Positions 1-10,337 of a stretch of 64,000 nucleotides of DNA are shown piece by piece. Below the pieces are notes generated by a model. The model saw only the letters and a program-made list of their open reading frames with translations, was not told the origin of the DNA and searched no databases. The position numbers and the translations under genes were made by a program. Numbering within the stretch: the stretch's first letter is position 1; each line of letters begins with the position of its first letter. Origin of the DNA: an uncultured Actinomycetes bacterium (lineage in GTDB: Bacteria > Actinomycetota > Thermoleophilia > RBG-16-64-13); NCBI GenBank assembly GCA_963706025.1, contig CAVPLM010000008.1, forward strand, positions 1 through 64,000, read 5' to 3'.

Positions 1-183
1 GACGCGCTGGATACGGCCCCACGCGCTGGATCCTACCGGCCGGCTCGTCCGTCCGCCCGGGGCTGTATCCTCTTCTCGCACGGACGCTCTCGGGGCCGGG
101 GCTCGTTTCACCCGAGCCCGCTGCGCGCGTGATCCGGCAGGCGCCGGTGTCGGCCAAGATAAGAGGGGAGGCAGCAGCTCAAG

Positions 184-2497
184 GTGGTCGAATCCCCGTT
201 GGGACTCCCATTGGGACGATCCTTGCCGAATTGAACGACCAGCAGCGCTGGCGGTGCTGCACGGCGACGACCCGCTGCTGATCGTGGCCGGCGCCGGCAC
301 GGGCAAGACCGCCACCCTGGCCCATCGCGTCGCCTACAAGATCGCCACGGGCACCGACCCGGGGCGGATCCTCCTTCTCACCTTCACCAGGCGGGCGGCC
401 GCCGAGATGCTGCGGCGGGTAGACGGCATCCTGCGTCGGCTGGAGGCCGAGACCCGCCGCGCCGGCGTCCCGGCCGGCGGGCGGGGCGACGCTCAGAGCC
501 ACATCCGGGGAGGCGAGCAGAGCGCACAGGCGGCCCTCAAGCCCTCGGCGCCCCTGGACAGTGCCCCTCCCCTGGGTCCACGGGGCCCCGCCCGGCGGCC
601 ACGGGCAAGGTCTGGGGCGGCACTTTCCACGCCACGGCCACCCGCCTGCTCCGTCTCCACGGGCGGGCCATCGGCCTCGACCCTTCGTTCACCATCCTCG
701 ATCGCGGCGATGCCGAGGACCTCGTGGGAATCCTCCGTACCGAGCTGGGGCTCTCCAAGAACGACCGCGCTTCCCGCTCAAGGGCACCTGCATGGACATT
801 TACAGCCGCTGCGTCAACGCCCGCGAGCCCGTGGAGGAGGTGGTCGAGACGCACTTCCCCTGGTGCAGGGACGAGACGGAGGACCTCCGCCGCTCTTCGC
901 CGCTTACGTGGACCACAAGGGCGAGCAGAACGTGCTCGACTATGACGATCTGCTGCTCTTCTGGCACGGCCTGCTGACCGATCCTCGCGCGGCCCGGGCC
1001 GTCCGCAGCCGGTTCGACTGCGTCCTGGTCGACGAGTATCAGGACACCAACAGGCTTCAGGCCGAGATCCTGCAGATGCTCTGCCCCGGCGGCAAGGACC
1101 TCACAGCCGTCGGGGACGACGCCCAGGCCATCTACTCGTTCCGGGCCGCCACGGTGCGCAACATCCTCGACTTCCCCCAGCAGTTCCCCGGGACCAGCAT
1201 CGTCACCCTGGAACAGAACTACCGCAGTACTCAGGCCATACTGGACGCCACCAACGAGGTGATCGCTGGAGCCACGGAGCGCCATCCTAGAACCTCTGGT
1301 CCCGAAGGACCGACGGCGCCAAGCCGCACTGCTCTCCTGCGAAGACGAGGACGAACAGACCGAAGCGGTCATCCGGCAGGTGCTGGAGCACCGGGAGTCA
1401 AATCTGGCCCTTCGTCGCCAGGCGGTCCTCTTCCGCGCCTCGCATCACAGCCTGGCCCTCGAGCTGGAACTCACCCGGCGTAACATCCCCTTCCGCAAGT
1501 ACGGAGGGCTGCGTTTCGTAGAGACGGCGCACGTCAAGGACCTCATGGCGTTTCTCGCCTGGCGGAGAACCCGCGGGACCGTATGGCCGGGACCCGGGTG
1601 CTCATGCTGTTGCCCGGTGTCGGGCCCAAGAAGGCCCGGGCACTCCTCGACCGCCTGTCCGAAGGGGCCGCGGCGGGCGGCGCCTCACCGGGCGGCAATT
1701 CGGAGGGCGGCGCCTCGGCTGCCGACGCCGGGTCCGCCGCGTCCGGCGGGGCCGGGCCGGTCCAAGCCGGATTCGCCGCCTGGACCGCTCACCCCGCCCC
1801 ATCCCCTGCTGCGGGCGGCGCCTGGAAGGGACTGGTGTCGCTCATGACCGGCATAGGTAGTCGCGAGCCTGGTGATCTCGCCTCCCAGATCAAACGGATC
1901 AGGCTTTTCTACGCGCCGCTTCTGGAACGTCTCTACGACAATCCCCGTGCCCGTCTGATGGACCTGGAGCAACTGGAGTGGCTGGCGGCCCGCTTTCCGG
2001 ATCGGGCTCGCTTCCTCGCGGAGATCGCCCTGGACCCACCCACGTACACCGAGGATCTGGCCGGACCACCCGTGCTCGACGAAGACTTCCTCATCCTCAG
2101 CACCATGCATTCGGCCAAGGGACTGGAATGGGACGTGGTGTTCGTGATTCATGCCGCCGATGGCAACATCCCCTCCGACATGGCCACCGGCAAACTGGAG
2201 GAGATCGAAGAAGAGCGCCGGTTGTTCTACGTGGCTCTTACTCGGGCGAAGGACTGGCTCTACGTCTGCTACCCCTTGAGGTACTACACATACCCTCGAA
2301 GCTTCAGCGATGTACACGGGTACGCCCAGCTCACGCGCTTCCTTCCCGAGGGGACCCGCCGATTCTTCGAACAGCGGCCGGCTTCGGAGATAGCCGGACC
2401 CCGGCAGTCGACGGTCCCAGACGGAGACACTGGACAGACCCTCGGTGGGCGCGTGACCACTGTCGACATCCGGCGTCGGCTCAAAGACTCGTTCTAG
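184..2497 (+). CDS. UvrD/REP/PcrA-family ATP-dependent DNA helicase, split by several frameshifts (start approximate)
   Basis: Motifs LIVAGAGTGKT, LLLTFTRRAA, GTFHA (shifted frame), VLVDEYQDTN, VGDDAQAIYSFR, LEQNYRST, LSTMHSAKGLEWD and EERRLFYVALTRA are spread over ORFs 254-1483, 561-977, 1380-1847 and 1583-2497. Confidence 0.9.
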
Positions 2498-2642
2498 CGG
2501 AAGCTCGCGGCGGCGGGCCCGCGGGAGCACAAGGCGCCACAGTGGTCGGTGCAGTGAGGTTCGCCATTGAGACGGACTCCCGCAAGCCGTGAGATAATAG
2601 GTCGCCTCCGATTTCGGAAGTGCTCACGAGGAGTGTGTTTGG

Positions 2643-2951
2643 ATGCCTAGTTGGATCGGACCGTGGGAAATCGCGATCGTTCTCGTTCTGGCCCTGCTCA
2701 TCTTCGGGCCTAAGAAACTGCCGGATCTCGGCTCGTCGCTGGGTCGCTCGATCACCGGCTTCAAGAAAGGCCTGAAAGAGACCAAAGACGACGTGCAGTC
2801 GGCTATCAAAGAGGACGTGACCGCCGACACGCCGGCTGGTGCCGAGGCGGCCGCCACGACAACTACCGCCGAGGCCGCCGCCACGACAACTGCCGCCGAG
2901 GCCACCGTCGCCGACACCGCGGCGAAGACCGAGACGACCGACAAGAGCTGA
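2643..2951 (+). CDS. tatA: Twin-arginine translocase TatA/E subunit with Ala/Thr-rich tail
   Basis: IGPWEIAIVLVLALLIFGPKKLPDLGSSLGRSITGFKKG is the TatA TM plus amphipathic helix. Confidence 0.92.
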   Translation: MPSWIGPWEIAIVLVLALLIFGPKKLPDLGSSLGRSITGFKKGLKETKDDVQSAIKEDVTADTPAGAEAAATTTTAEAAATTTAAEATVADTAAKTETTDKS

Positions 2952-3019
2952 GTACGAGCTGACCCGGAGCTCCTCGAGGAGCTCCGCTTGCCGGGATTCC
3001 GGCCTGCGCTTAGGCACGC

Positions 3020-5890
3020 GTGCCGGAGGCGCGCGTGCTACTGGCCACCAACGAGCACGGACACGACATGCCCGGGCCCCCATCACAGCCGGCCCAGCAG
3101 TGGCACCGGCTGACAACAGATGAGATTTTACGCTTACTTGCCACCGACCTAGATGAGGGTCTAACCGCCTCTGAGGTCGAGGCGCGGACGCTCCAGTACG
3201 GACCCAACACCATCACCCCACAGAGGGGAATAGGCCCTTTGCGTCGGGTGCTGGCCCAGTTCAATCAGCCCCTCGTGATCATCCTGATCGTGGCGGGAGC
3301 CGTCACCGCCGCCCTGGGCGAATGGGTCGATGCCGGGGTCATCTTCGGGGTGGTGCTGATCAACGCCGCTATCGGCTACTTGCAGGAATCCAAGGCCGTG
3401 AAGGCAATCGAGGCCCTTTCGCGCACCTTGACCACCGAGGCCACAGTCGTCCGTGACGATCAGCGGGTCCGTCTTTCGGCCACCGGACTCGTGCCGGGCG
3501 ACGTGGTGGTACTGCAATCCGGAGACAAGATACCGGCCGACATGCGGTTGACGTACTCCCGCGACCTGCGCGTGGACGAGTCGGCTCTGACCGGCGAGTC
3601 CGTCCCCGTGGAAAAAGGGATCGATCCGATGCCCGAGGACACGGTTCTGGCCGATCGCATCAACATGGCCTACGCCTCCACTCTGGCCACAGCCGGTCAA
3701 GGAGCCGGAGTGGTGGTGATGACCGGCGATTCTACCGAGGTGGGCAGGATCTCCGGTCTGATCTCCGAGGCCCATGAGCTGCAGACCCCCCTCACCCGCA
3801 AGATCGCCGAGTTCAGCCGGCTCCTCCTATACATCATCCTCGGCCTGGCGGTCCTGACCGTCATCATCGGGCTGCTGCGCGGAGAGCCGCTGGTGGACAT
3901 GTTCCTAGCGGCGGTCGCGCTGGCGGTCGGGGCGATCCCCGAGGGCCTGCCTGCCGCGGTGACCATCACGCTGGCCATCGGAGTGTCGAGGATGGCGCGA
4001 CGCCGCGCGATCATCCGCAAGCTCCCTGCCGTGGAGACGCTGGGGAGCACGACTGTCATCTGCTCCGACAAGACCGGCACCTTGACCGAGAATCAGATGA
4101 CCGTGCAGCGGGTCGCCGCCGGAGGCCACCTTTACAGCGTCACGGGCGGCGGCTATGCCCCTGAGGGCACGATCATGGACGCCGACGGGACCTTGGTAGC
4201 TAAGGCCCCGCAGAAGCCAAGCGCAGACCTCGATGTGGCTGCCGGTGTGGACCCGGGCGAGCGCTCCGCTGAGGCAAGGGGTGTAGTACCGGCGCTCGTC
4301 GAGACTCTCCGGGCCGGATCTCTCTGCAACGACAGCTCCATCTTCTTCGAGGATGGCCACTGGCACGTCAACGGCGACCCCACCGAGGGCGCGCTTATCG
4401 TCTCTGCCGCCAAGGCCGGTCTGCACTATGAGGGTCTGGAGCATATGTTTCCTCGATTGGACACGGTGCCTTTCGAATCCGAGCACCAATACATGGCCAC
4501 GCTGCATCGAATAGACACGAGCGGCCGGATCGCCTATGTCAAGGGGGCGGTGGAAAAGGTGCTGGCCCGGTCCTCTTCGGAGCCGGCCGGTGACGGCTCA
4601 CTGCAGCCGCTGAATGCGGAGCGCGCGGAGCAGTTGGCCATGGACATGGCCTCCCAGGGACTGCGGGTGCTTGCCTTCGCGCGGAAGGAGCTCCCGCCCG
4701 ACACCGACGAGATCACGCACGAGCACGTGGAGACCGGTTTGGTCTTCTTGGGCCTGCAGGGCATGATCGACCCGCCGCGGGCTGAGGCCATCAAAGCCAT
4801 CGAAGCCTGTCATGCCGCCGGCGTGCAGGTGAAGATGATCACCGGTGATCACGCCCTCACAGCCTCCGCCATCGCCTATCAGCTGAACCTGCGCAAGCCG
4901 GGATGCACCGCGATCGTCGACATGCAGCCGCTTACGGGAACGCAACTATCCGCGATCAGTGAGGCCGATCTCGCTCAGGCGGTCGAAGAGACCACCGTGT
5001 TCGCTCGCGTCACCCCTGAGCAGAAGCTGCGCCTGGTGAACGCCTTGCAGAGCCGCGGTCACGTGGTAGCCATGACCGGCGACGGGGTCAACGACGCCCC
5101 CGCGTTGCGGCAGTCGGACATCGGAGTAGCCATGGGCATCACCGGCACCGAGGTGGCCAAAGAAGCGGCGGACATGGTCTTGACCGACGACAACTTCGCC
5201 TCCATTGAGGCTGCCGTCGAGGAAGGCCGCGGAGTGTTCGACAACCTCACCAAGTTCATAGCCTGGACCCTTCCCACCAACCTAGGCGAAGGCCTGGTCA
5301 TCATGGCCGCCATCTTCGCGGGCGTGGCTCTGCCCATCTTGCCGGTGCAGATCCTTTGGATCAACATGACCACCGCGATCCTGCTGGGCCTCGTGCTGGC
5401 CTTCGAACCCAAGGAAGACGGCATCATGCTCCGGCCACCCCGGGTACCCAAGGCACCTATCCTCAACGGGGTGCTGATCCGCCGCATCGTCATCGTCGGG
5501 GTGCTGCTGCTGGCTGGATCCTTCGGTCTCTTCGAATACGCTCAACTGACCGGACACACCGTGGCCGAGGCCCGTACCGTCGCGGTCAACGTCTTCGTGT
5601 TCGGGGAGATCTTCTACCTGTTCAACTGCCGATCGCTGACGTTGCCGTCGTGGCGGTCCAGCCTGCGGACCAACCACTTCCTTCTCGGCGGCGTAGGCCT
5701 TATGGTGGCCCTGCAACTGCTCTTCACCTACCTCCCCGGAATGAACCGGCTCTTTGAGAGCGCCCCGATCTCGCTCGAGTCCTGGGGCTGGGTGATAGGC
5801 GTCGGGGTGGCGATCCACGTGATCGTGGAGCTCGAGAAATGGGTCCAACGCCGGACAGCGCGGACCCGGCCGGCCTCTGAGGTTTGCTAG
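3020..5890 (+). CDS. P-type cation-transporting ATPase (P2A, Ca2+-type); true start may be ATG 3068
   Basis: [50 protein letters not shown]. Confidence 0.95.
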   Translation: MPEARVLLATNEHGHDMPGPPSQPAQQWHRLTTDEILRLLATDLDEGLTASEVEARTLQYGPNTITPQRGIGPLRRVLAQFNQPLVIILIVAGAVTAALGEWVDAGVIFGVVLINAAIGYLQESKAVKAIEALSRTLTTEATVVRDDQRVRLSATGLVPGDVVVLQSGDKIPADMRLTYSRDLRVDESALTGESVPVEKGIDPMPEDTVLADRINMAYASTLATAGQGAGVVVMTGDSTEVGRISGLISEAHELQTPLTRKIAEFSRLLLYIILGLAVLTVIIGLLRGEPLVDMFLAAVALAVGAIPEGLPAAVTITLAIGVSRMARRRAIIRKLPAVETLGSTTVICSDKTGTLTENQMTVQRVAAGGHLYSVTGGGYAPEGTIMDADGTLVAKAPQKPSADLDVAAGVDPGERSAEARGVVPALVETLRAGSLCNDSSIFFEDGHWHVNGDPTEGALIVSAAKAGLHYEGLEHMFPRLDTVPFESEHQYMATLHRIDTSGRIAYVKGAVEKVLARSSSEPAGDGSLQPLNAERAEQLAMDMASQGLRVLAFARKELPPDTDEITHEHVETGLVFLGLQGMIDPPRAEAIKAIEACHAAGVQVKMITGDHALTASAIAYQLNLRKPGCTAIVDMQPLTGTQLSAISEADLAQAVEETTVFARVTPEQKLRLVNALQSRGHVVAMTGDGVNDAPALRQSDIGVAMGITGTEVAKEAADMVLTDDNFASIEAAVEEGRGVFDNLTKFIAWTLPTNLGEGLVIMAAIFAGVALPILPVQILWINMTTAILLGLVLAFEPKEDGIMLRPPRVPKAPILNGVLIRRIVIVGVLLLAGSFGLFEYAQLTGHTVAEARTVAVNVFVFGEIFYLFNCRSLTLPSWRSSLRTNHFLLGGVGLMVALQLLFTYLPGMNRLFESAPISLESWGWVIGVGVAIHVIVELEKWVQRRTARTRPASEVC

Positions 5891-5977
5891 GGAGGCGGAA
5901 CTCCCCTCCGGCGACGAGGACAACCCCCACCATGGGACCGCGTAGGTCTCGGAGCCGACCAGGAGGACCGGGGGCTA

Positions 5978-6961
5978 TCAGCGCAACACGGGTTCCTTGT
6001 CGAGCACCCGTTTGATGGCCTCCTCGTAGCCCACCGGTTCGAACTCGAACAGCTCGCGGGCCAGCGGGCTTCTGACCACCACCTCGGTCTTGAGCCCCTC
6101 GATGAGCGGCCGGGCGACCGAGGAGGGAATGGGCGTGGTCAGCGCTACCCAGTAGGAGGAGAGGCTGGGGGTCAGCAGCGGCACCGGGACCAGTGCGCGT
6201 CGCAATCCCCGGAGACGAGCGTATGTGGTGATCATGTCGCCGTAGGTGACCACGTCGGCCCCCCCGATCTCGATGACCTTGCCGGCCGACCCGGGCCGGT
6301 CCAGGGCCTCTACCAGATAGCGAAGGACGTCGTCCTCGGCGATCGGCTGGATCCGCGTGCTGACCCACTTCGGGGTGATCATCGCCGGGAGGCGCTCGGT
6401 CAGATAGCGGACCATGCGGAAAGAGATACTCCCGGCCCCCACGATCACCGCCGCCCGGAATTCGGTGACGGGCACGCCCCCGGCAGCCAACACCCGACCC
6501 ACTTCCTGACGGCTGGCCAGATGCTCGGAGAGCTCTGCCTCCTCGTCGCCGAGGCCACCCAGGTAGATGATGCGCCCCACGCCTTGCTCCCGGGCCACCA
6601 GGACGAAGTTGGAGGCGGCATGACGGTCACGTTGGGCGAAATCGGGACCGGACCCGCCCCCCATCGAGTGAACGAGGTAGTACGCGGTCTCGATGTCGGC
6701 CAGGGCCGGAGCGAGCGAGTCGATGTCAAGGACGTCGCCTTCAACCAGGTCGACCTGGTCCGCCCAGCCCGGCATCGCGGCGGACAACGCCTCGCCGGTT
6801 GACGCGGCTCTTTCGCCCCCCAACGGGGCCGGTGGCGCCGAGGCCCGGGCGAATCTCGTCCGGTCGCGCACGAGGCAGCGCACCGAGTGACCACGCTCCA
6901 ACAACCGCGGAACTATAAGTCCCCCGATGTAACCGGTGGCTCCGGTCAGGAGGATGCGCAT
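5978..6961 (-). CDS. NAD(P)-binding atypical SDR/NmrA-family protein (YbjT-like)
   Basis: ILLTGATGYIGG Rossmann motif, AYYLVHSM, IIYLGGLG, LSEHLASRQEVG. Confidence 0.85.
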   Translation of the reverse strand: MRILLTGATGYIGGLIVPRLLERGHSVRCLVRDRTRFARASAPPAPLGGERAASTGEALSAAMPGWADQVDLVEGDVLDIDSLAPALADIETAYYLVHSMGGGSGPDFAQRDRHAASNFVLVAREQGVGRIIYLGGLGDEEAELSEHLASRQEVGRVLAAGGVPVTEFRAAVIVGAGSISFRMVRYLTERLPAMITPKWVSTRIQPIAEDDVLRYLVEALDRPGSAGKVIEIGGADVVTYGDMITTYARLRGLRRALVPVPLLTPSLSSYWVALTTPIPSSVARPLIEGLKTEVVVRSPLARELFEFEPVGYEEAIKRVLDKEPVLR

Positions 6962-6983
6962 CAGGCGAGAGGAACTCCTGGGC

Positions 6984-7193
6984 TCAGTCGACCGCGATCA
7001 TCACGTTGCTGGCCTTGACCACCGCGTAGGCCTCGGAACCGACCGCGAGCTTCAGTTCCTCCGCCGAATGCTTGGTGATGATCGAGACCAACTCGGCGCC
7101 ACCCGGCAATTCCAGGACGATCTCGGAATTCACCGCGCCGTGGGTCACGCTCTTCACCTTGCCCTTGAGCATGTTCCTTGCACTGATCTTCAT
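6984..7193 (-). CDS. Molybdenum-pterin-binding (Mop/TOBE) protein
   Basis: MKISARNMLKGKV...SIITKHSAEELKL...AVVKASNV; RBS GGGAGG. Confidence 0.92.
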   Translation of the reverse strand: MKISARNMLKGKVKSVTHGAVNSEIVLELPGGAELVSIITKHSAEELKLAVGSEAYAVVKASNVMIAVD

Positions 7194-7313
7194 CGCAACC
7201 TCCCTTAGCTTAAACGACGCCTTTCGCTGGGCAGCTCCGCGCCGGGCCGTCCCAGTTTGATCTCAACAACATATACCCTTGGGCCGCCCCGGCCATGCAC
7301 GGACCAGGATCCC

Positions 7314-7342
7314 CTGACACCCCATGACCGCTCTGCTAGAAT
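7314..7342 (+). promoter_or_regulatory. Sigma70-type promoter of the tRNA pair
   Basis: CTGACA-N17-TAGAAT with extended TG, about 40 bp upstream of tRNA-Ser. Confidence 0.55.
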
Positions 7343-7380
7343 AATCGCTCGCTGAGACGGCGGTCCTCGCCGCCCCATAG

Positions 7381-7474
7381 GGAGAAGTGGCCGAGAGGCT
7401 GAAGGCGCTCGCCTGCTAAGCGAGTGAAGGAGTGAATTCTCCTTTCGAGGGTTCGAATCCCTCCTTCTCCGCCA
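7381..7474 (+). tRNA. tRNA-Ser(GCT)
   Basis: Acceptor GGAGAAG/CTTCTCC, anticodon arm CTCGC-CTGCTAA-GCGAG, long variable arm, GTTCGAATC, encoded CCA. Confidence 0.97.
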
Positions 7475-7478
7475 GTGT

Positions 7479-7552
7479 GCGCCTGTAGCTCAGTTGGATA
7501 GAGCGTTGGTCTACGAAACCAAAGGTCGCGCGTTCGAGTCGCGCCAGGCGCA
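7479..7552 (+). tRNA. tRNA-Arg(ACG)
   Basis: Acceptor GCGCCTG/CAGGCGC, TAGCTCAGTTGGATAGAGC D-arm, anticodon arm TTGGT-CTACGAA-ACCAA, GTTCGAGTC; no encoded CCA. Confidence 0.97.
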
Positions 7553-7558
7553 CCTAGA

Positions 7559-7586
7559 AAGCCCTGCATATGCGGGGCTTCATTTT
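7559..7586 (+). terminator. Hairpin terminator after the tRNA pair
   Basis: AAGCCCTGCA-T-ATGCGGGGCTT inverted repeat followed by CATTTT. Confidence 0.55.
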
Positions 7587-7749
7587 AGATGAGTATTGCG
7601 TGAAGATGATGCCGCTCGGTGATTTGCAGACATTCTGCAAGCATCAGGAGCCTAGAACCGCCGCAGCAACGGCATTTACGGCCTGCTGTTGCATTGACAG
7701 AAGCACGTGCCGGTAGACATCCATAGTGAGTGCCGCCGAGGAGGGCCCT

Positions 7750-8340
7750 CTACTTCGCGACTGGTTCCACGATGGACACCCGCGTGGGCTTGGCCGGGTC
7801 GTTTCGCACGACGACCCCCGCCCCCGGTTGCAGGGCAAGCTGCTCAGACTCGGTGAAGAACTGGGTCGTTCGCGCCCGGTACGGCGAACCGCCCTCCCCA
7901 CGCACGTCGAGCCCGACCGCCAGTTGACTTTCGACGCCCCCGCGGCCTTGGACTTGCCTTTGTTCGCCGGTCTTTTCCACCCGCACCACGGTAGCCTCCA
8001 CCGGGGTGCCGTTCTCTAACACCTTCTGTGCTCTCCGGGCCGGGAGCCACTCGACCACCAGGGCGGCTACGCACACGAAGAGCACGGCCATACCTATCGT
8101 AAGCAGGAAGCGCCAGAGGGGAAATTGCCGTTCAGCGGCCAATCCGGCGAGGTGGTGTTGCAGTCCTTCAGGTAAGTCCACGTTCTTGCTCCACCAAGCG
8201 AAATCAGAAGTGCTGACCGCGGGCTGGCCAATCCAGTAACGCAGGCTGACCGTGGGCTGGCCAATCCAGTAACCCACCCAGCCGCCTATGATGCCGCAGA
8301 TAACGACGATGACGTACGACGCCCTCCTCAAGATGCACAC
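7750..8340 (-). CDS. Hypothetical membrane protein with C-terminal OB-like (DUF3592-like) region
   Basis: Two TM segments, then VLENGTPVEATVVRVEKTG...LQPGAGVVVRNDPAKP; RBS GAAGGAG. Confidence 0.65.
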   Translation of the reverse strand: MCILRRASYVIVVICGIIGGWVGYWIGQPTVSLRYWIGQPAVSTSDFAWWSKNVDLPEGLQHHLAGLAAERQFPLWRFLLTIGMAVLFVCVAALVVEWLPARRAQKVLENGTPVEATVVRVEKTGEQRQVQGRGGVESQLAVGLDVRGEGGSPYRARTTQFFTESEQLALQPGAGVVVRNDPAKPTRVSIVEPVAK

Positions 8341-8394
8341 TCCTTCATCACGACTCCTTGCCCCTGTCGAGCCGAATGCGGGTGGAGCGCCAGA

Positions 8395-8580
8395 CTACTT
8401 GTACTGCAACGTCCCTGTGAACGTGAACCCGCCACCGGTGGAGAAGAACTCGCCTTCCGTATGGGCGGTTCCGGTGGTGGTGTGGGCCGGGTTGGCCGGA
8501 TTGACCCCGGTGATGCCTACGAGTAGTGCAACCAAGACTAGGGTGACCGCGACCAGAAGGAGCGTTTTCTCGGCTTTCAT
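8395..8580 (-). CDS. Small secreted hypothetical protein (61 aa)
   Basis: RBS GAGGAGGAGGT before ATG (MKAEKTLLLV...), hydrophobic signal-like N-terminus. Confidence 0.55.
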   Translation of the reverse strand: MKAEKTLLLVAVTLVLVALLVGITGVNPANPAHTTTGTAHTEGEFFSTGGGFTFTGTLQYK

Positions 8581-8846
8581 AGGACGCACCTCCTCCTCGG
8601 GCAGGATTGGTGTCCGTACGGAGCGATGCGCGGGCCGTAAGCTCACGCAAGGCCCCGTGTCGGCGGCCTCCCCGAGCGCTATGTGGGGAGAGTCACTTAC
8701 TCCCCGTATAGATTCATTGTAGGCCGATGCCTTCAGGAGTCAATCGCCACGATGGGGTGAGTGCCGTGCGGCGGGGACGGACCCGATTTGGCCAGGGAAA
8801 GAAGACAGTCCTCGACCCTCACTCCCCTCAGATTCCTAGAGAAAGG

Positions 8847-9169
8847 TCGACATGGTTCAGAGCTTTCGACAAATCGCCCGAAGCGACAATCCCCCTTAAG
8901 AACTTCTTGACTTTTCAGCTCCCATGAGGCGTTCAGGAGCGTTTCAGGTCAACGGTGCGAACATATGCCCACGGAGTCACACGTCATTGCTCAATTCCCC
9001 CTCCTTGAGCTGTGACCCCCAAGTGCCCCACAGTGTCTAACTCGAACGGGGTGAGACACTGTGGGGTGTCCATGTTTGGAAGCCTCGACATCGTTCAGAG
9101 CTTTCACCGAATCGCCGGAACCACTATTCCCCCTCAGAACTCTCTGACTTTTGGCGCTCCCCATTAGGC
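8847..9169. repeat. Pair of about 85-bp imperfect direct repeats (8847-8930 and 9085-9169)
   Basis: TCGACATGGTTCAGAGCTTTC...GACTTTTCAGCTCCCATGAGGC vs TCGACATCGTTCAGAGCTTTC...GACTTTTGGCGCTCCCCATTAGGC. Confidence 0.85.
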
Positions 9170-9191
9170 CAGGGTCGAACATGCGGTTCAT
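8991..9191 (-). CDS. Small hypothetical protein (66 aa) overlapping one repeat copy
   Basis: Perfect RBS AAGGAGGTGA just upstream of the ATG; no recognisable domain. Confidence 0.45.
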   Translation of the reverse strand: MNRMFDPGLMGSAKSQRVLRGNSGSGDSVKALNDVEASKHGHPTVSHPVRVRHCGALGGHSSRRGN

Positions 9192-9335
9192 AGTTCACCT
9201 CCTTTCTTATTGTCTGGTGACGAAGGGTCGGCATCCCCGGGGAGCCGCGACGGCTGGCCAGAAGGTAGAAACCGGAAGAGAGGCGCGGAGCAGCTGCCCA
9301 GGCACAACGCGTTAGATTCTACGCGGAGGTCAACC

Positions 9336-9626
9336 ATGACCAACGAGCAGATTGTGGCGTACGGCACGCTGGTTATGGCGCTGCTCGCCGTCGCTAGCGT
9401 AGTCGTAGCCTTCGTGGTTTACCGTCGACAGTGCAATGCGCAGGTCTTCCTCGAGTACACAAAACGATACGGTGAAATCATGAACACGTTCCCACCCGCT
9501 AGCCGCCGGGGACGACTTGACCTATTCGCTGAGCCAGCTCCTGATACTGAGGAACTCACCCTTGCGGTCTTGAGGTACCTGATCTGGACCTACTGTTTCC
9601 CCTCGGGTGGATACTCCCGCAACTAA
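9336..9626 (+). CDS. Hypothetical membrane-anchored protein, possibly 3'-truncated
   Basis: RBS GGAGG before MTNEQIVAYG, one TM, then NAQVFLEYTKRY. Confidence 0.55.
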   Translation: MTNEQIVAYGTLVMALLAVASVVVAFVVYRRQCNAQVFLEYTKRYGEIMNTFPPASRRGRLDLFAEPAPDTEELTLAVLRYLIWTYCFPSGGYSRN

Positions 9627-9680
9627 TCTGCCGGCGAGGACGACCAATCTAGCTCGCGCAGCGAAACGTCATATCGCCGG

Positions 9681-10178
9681 CTATTCGGGGACGGGCGAGA
9701 AGCTGGCGGAACCTATCTTGGCTGTCCAGCTTTCGAGATAGGCCACCATCTCGGCTGAACGCAGTCCGTCGTAACCGGACGCCGCGAAGGTGCCTCCCCA
9801 CTCCGTGCACTCGAGATAGTCGCCTGCTTGCTGGTTGCTCCAAGCGCGCGCCCATCGTAGAGCCACATGCCGGCCACTTCGGCAGTTTGCGACCAGCTCC
9901 ACGTCCGCCCGCCCGACGTACAGAGGCTTGAGACGGGACGCGCCTTCAAGGGTCCCCCAGATGCCTAGCAGTTCCTCGGTTTCTGCGCTCGAAAGCTCGT
10001 GCATCATCCACTGTTGCCGGTCACGAGTAAAGACCTTCACTTGAACAGAAGCGATGTCCTTGGCCGCCAAGTCCGGCACGCAGCTCCCCACGGTAAGTCC
10101 GACCAGTAGCAGAACGAAAGTGATTATCCCGGCAAGGAACACGAGTCGAAATCCTGTAGGCCCTTTCTTCGCCCTCAT
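9681..10178 (-). CDS. Hypothetical exported protein/lipoprotein
   Basis: RBS GAGGAGG, N-terminal hydrophobic segment ending VGSC. Confidence 0.55.
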   Translation of the reverse strand: MRAKKGPTGFRLVFLAGIITFVLLLVGLTVGSCVPDLAAKDIASVQVKVFTRDRQQWMMHELSSAETEELLGIWGTLEGASRLKPLYVGRADVELVANCRSGRHVALRWARAWSNQQAGDYLECTEWGGTFAASGYDGLRSAEMVAYLESWTAKIGSASFSPVPE

Positions 10179-10337
10179 ACGGGCCTCCTCACAAGATTTC
10201 CATCTGACGGTTTCCGATGGAGTCCGAGCTTTCTGCTAGAGACGACCACCGTGTGCCTCCCCCGCAACCTGTCATGCCCCTCAGTCTGCACCGTCCACGG
10301 AACTGGGGCAACTCCAAGGGAACGGTCGTTCCCTCAA

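Noticed and set aside
7194-7290. ModE box or Moco riboswitch upstream of the Mop gene
   Set aside because: No convincing TATAT-N-ATATA palindrome or recognisable riboswitch consensus.
9300-9640. GCACAAC/GTTAGAT near 9302-9317 as an integron attC
   Set aside because: No palindromic attC body, no second site after the gene, and no intI.
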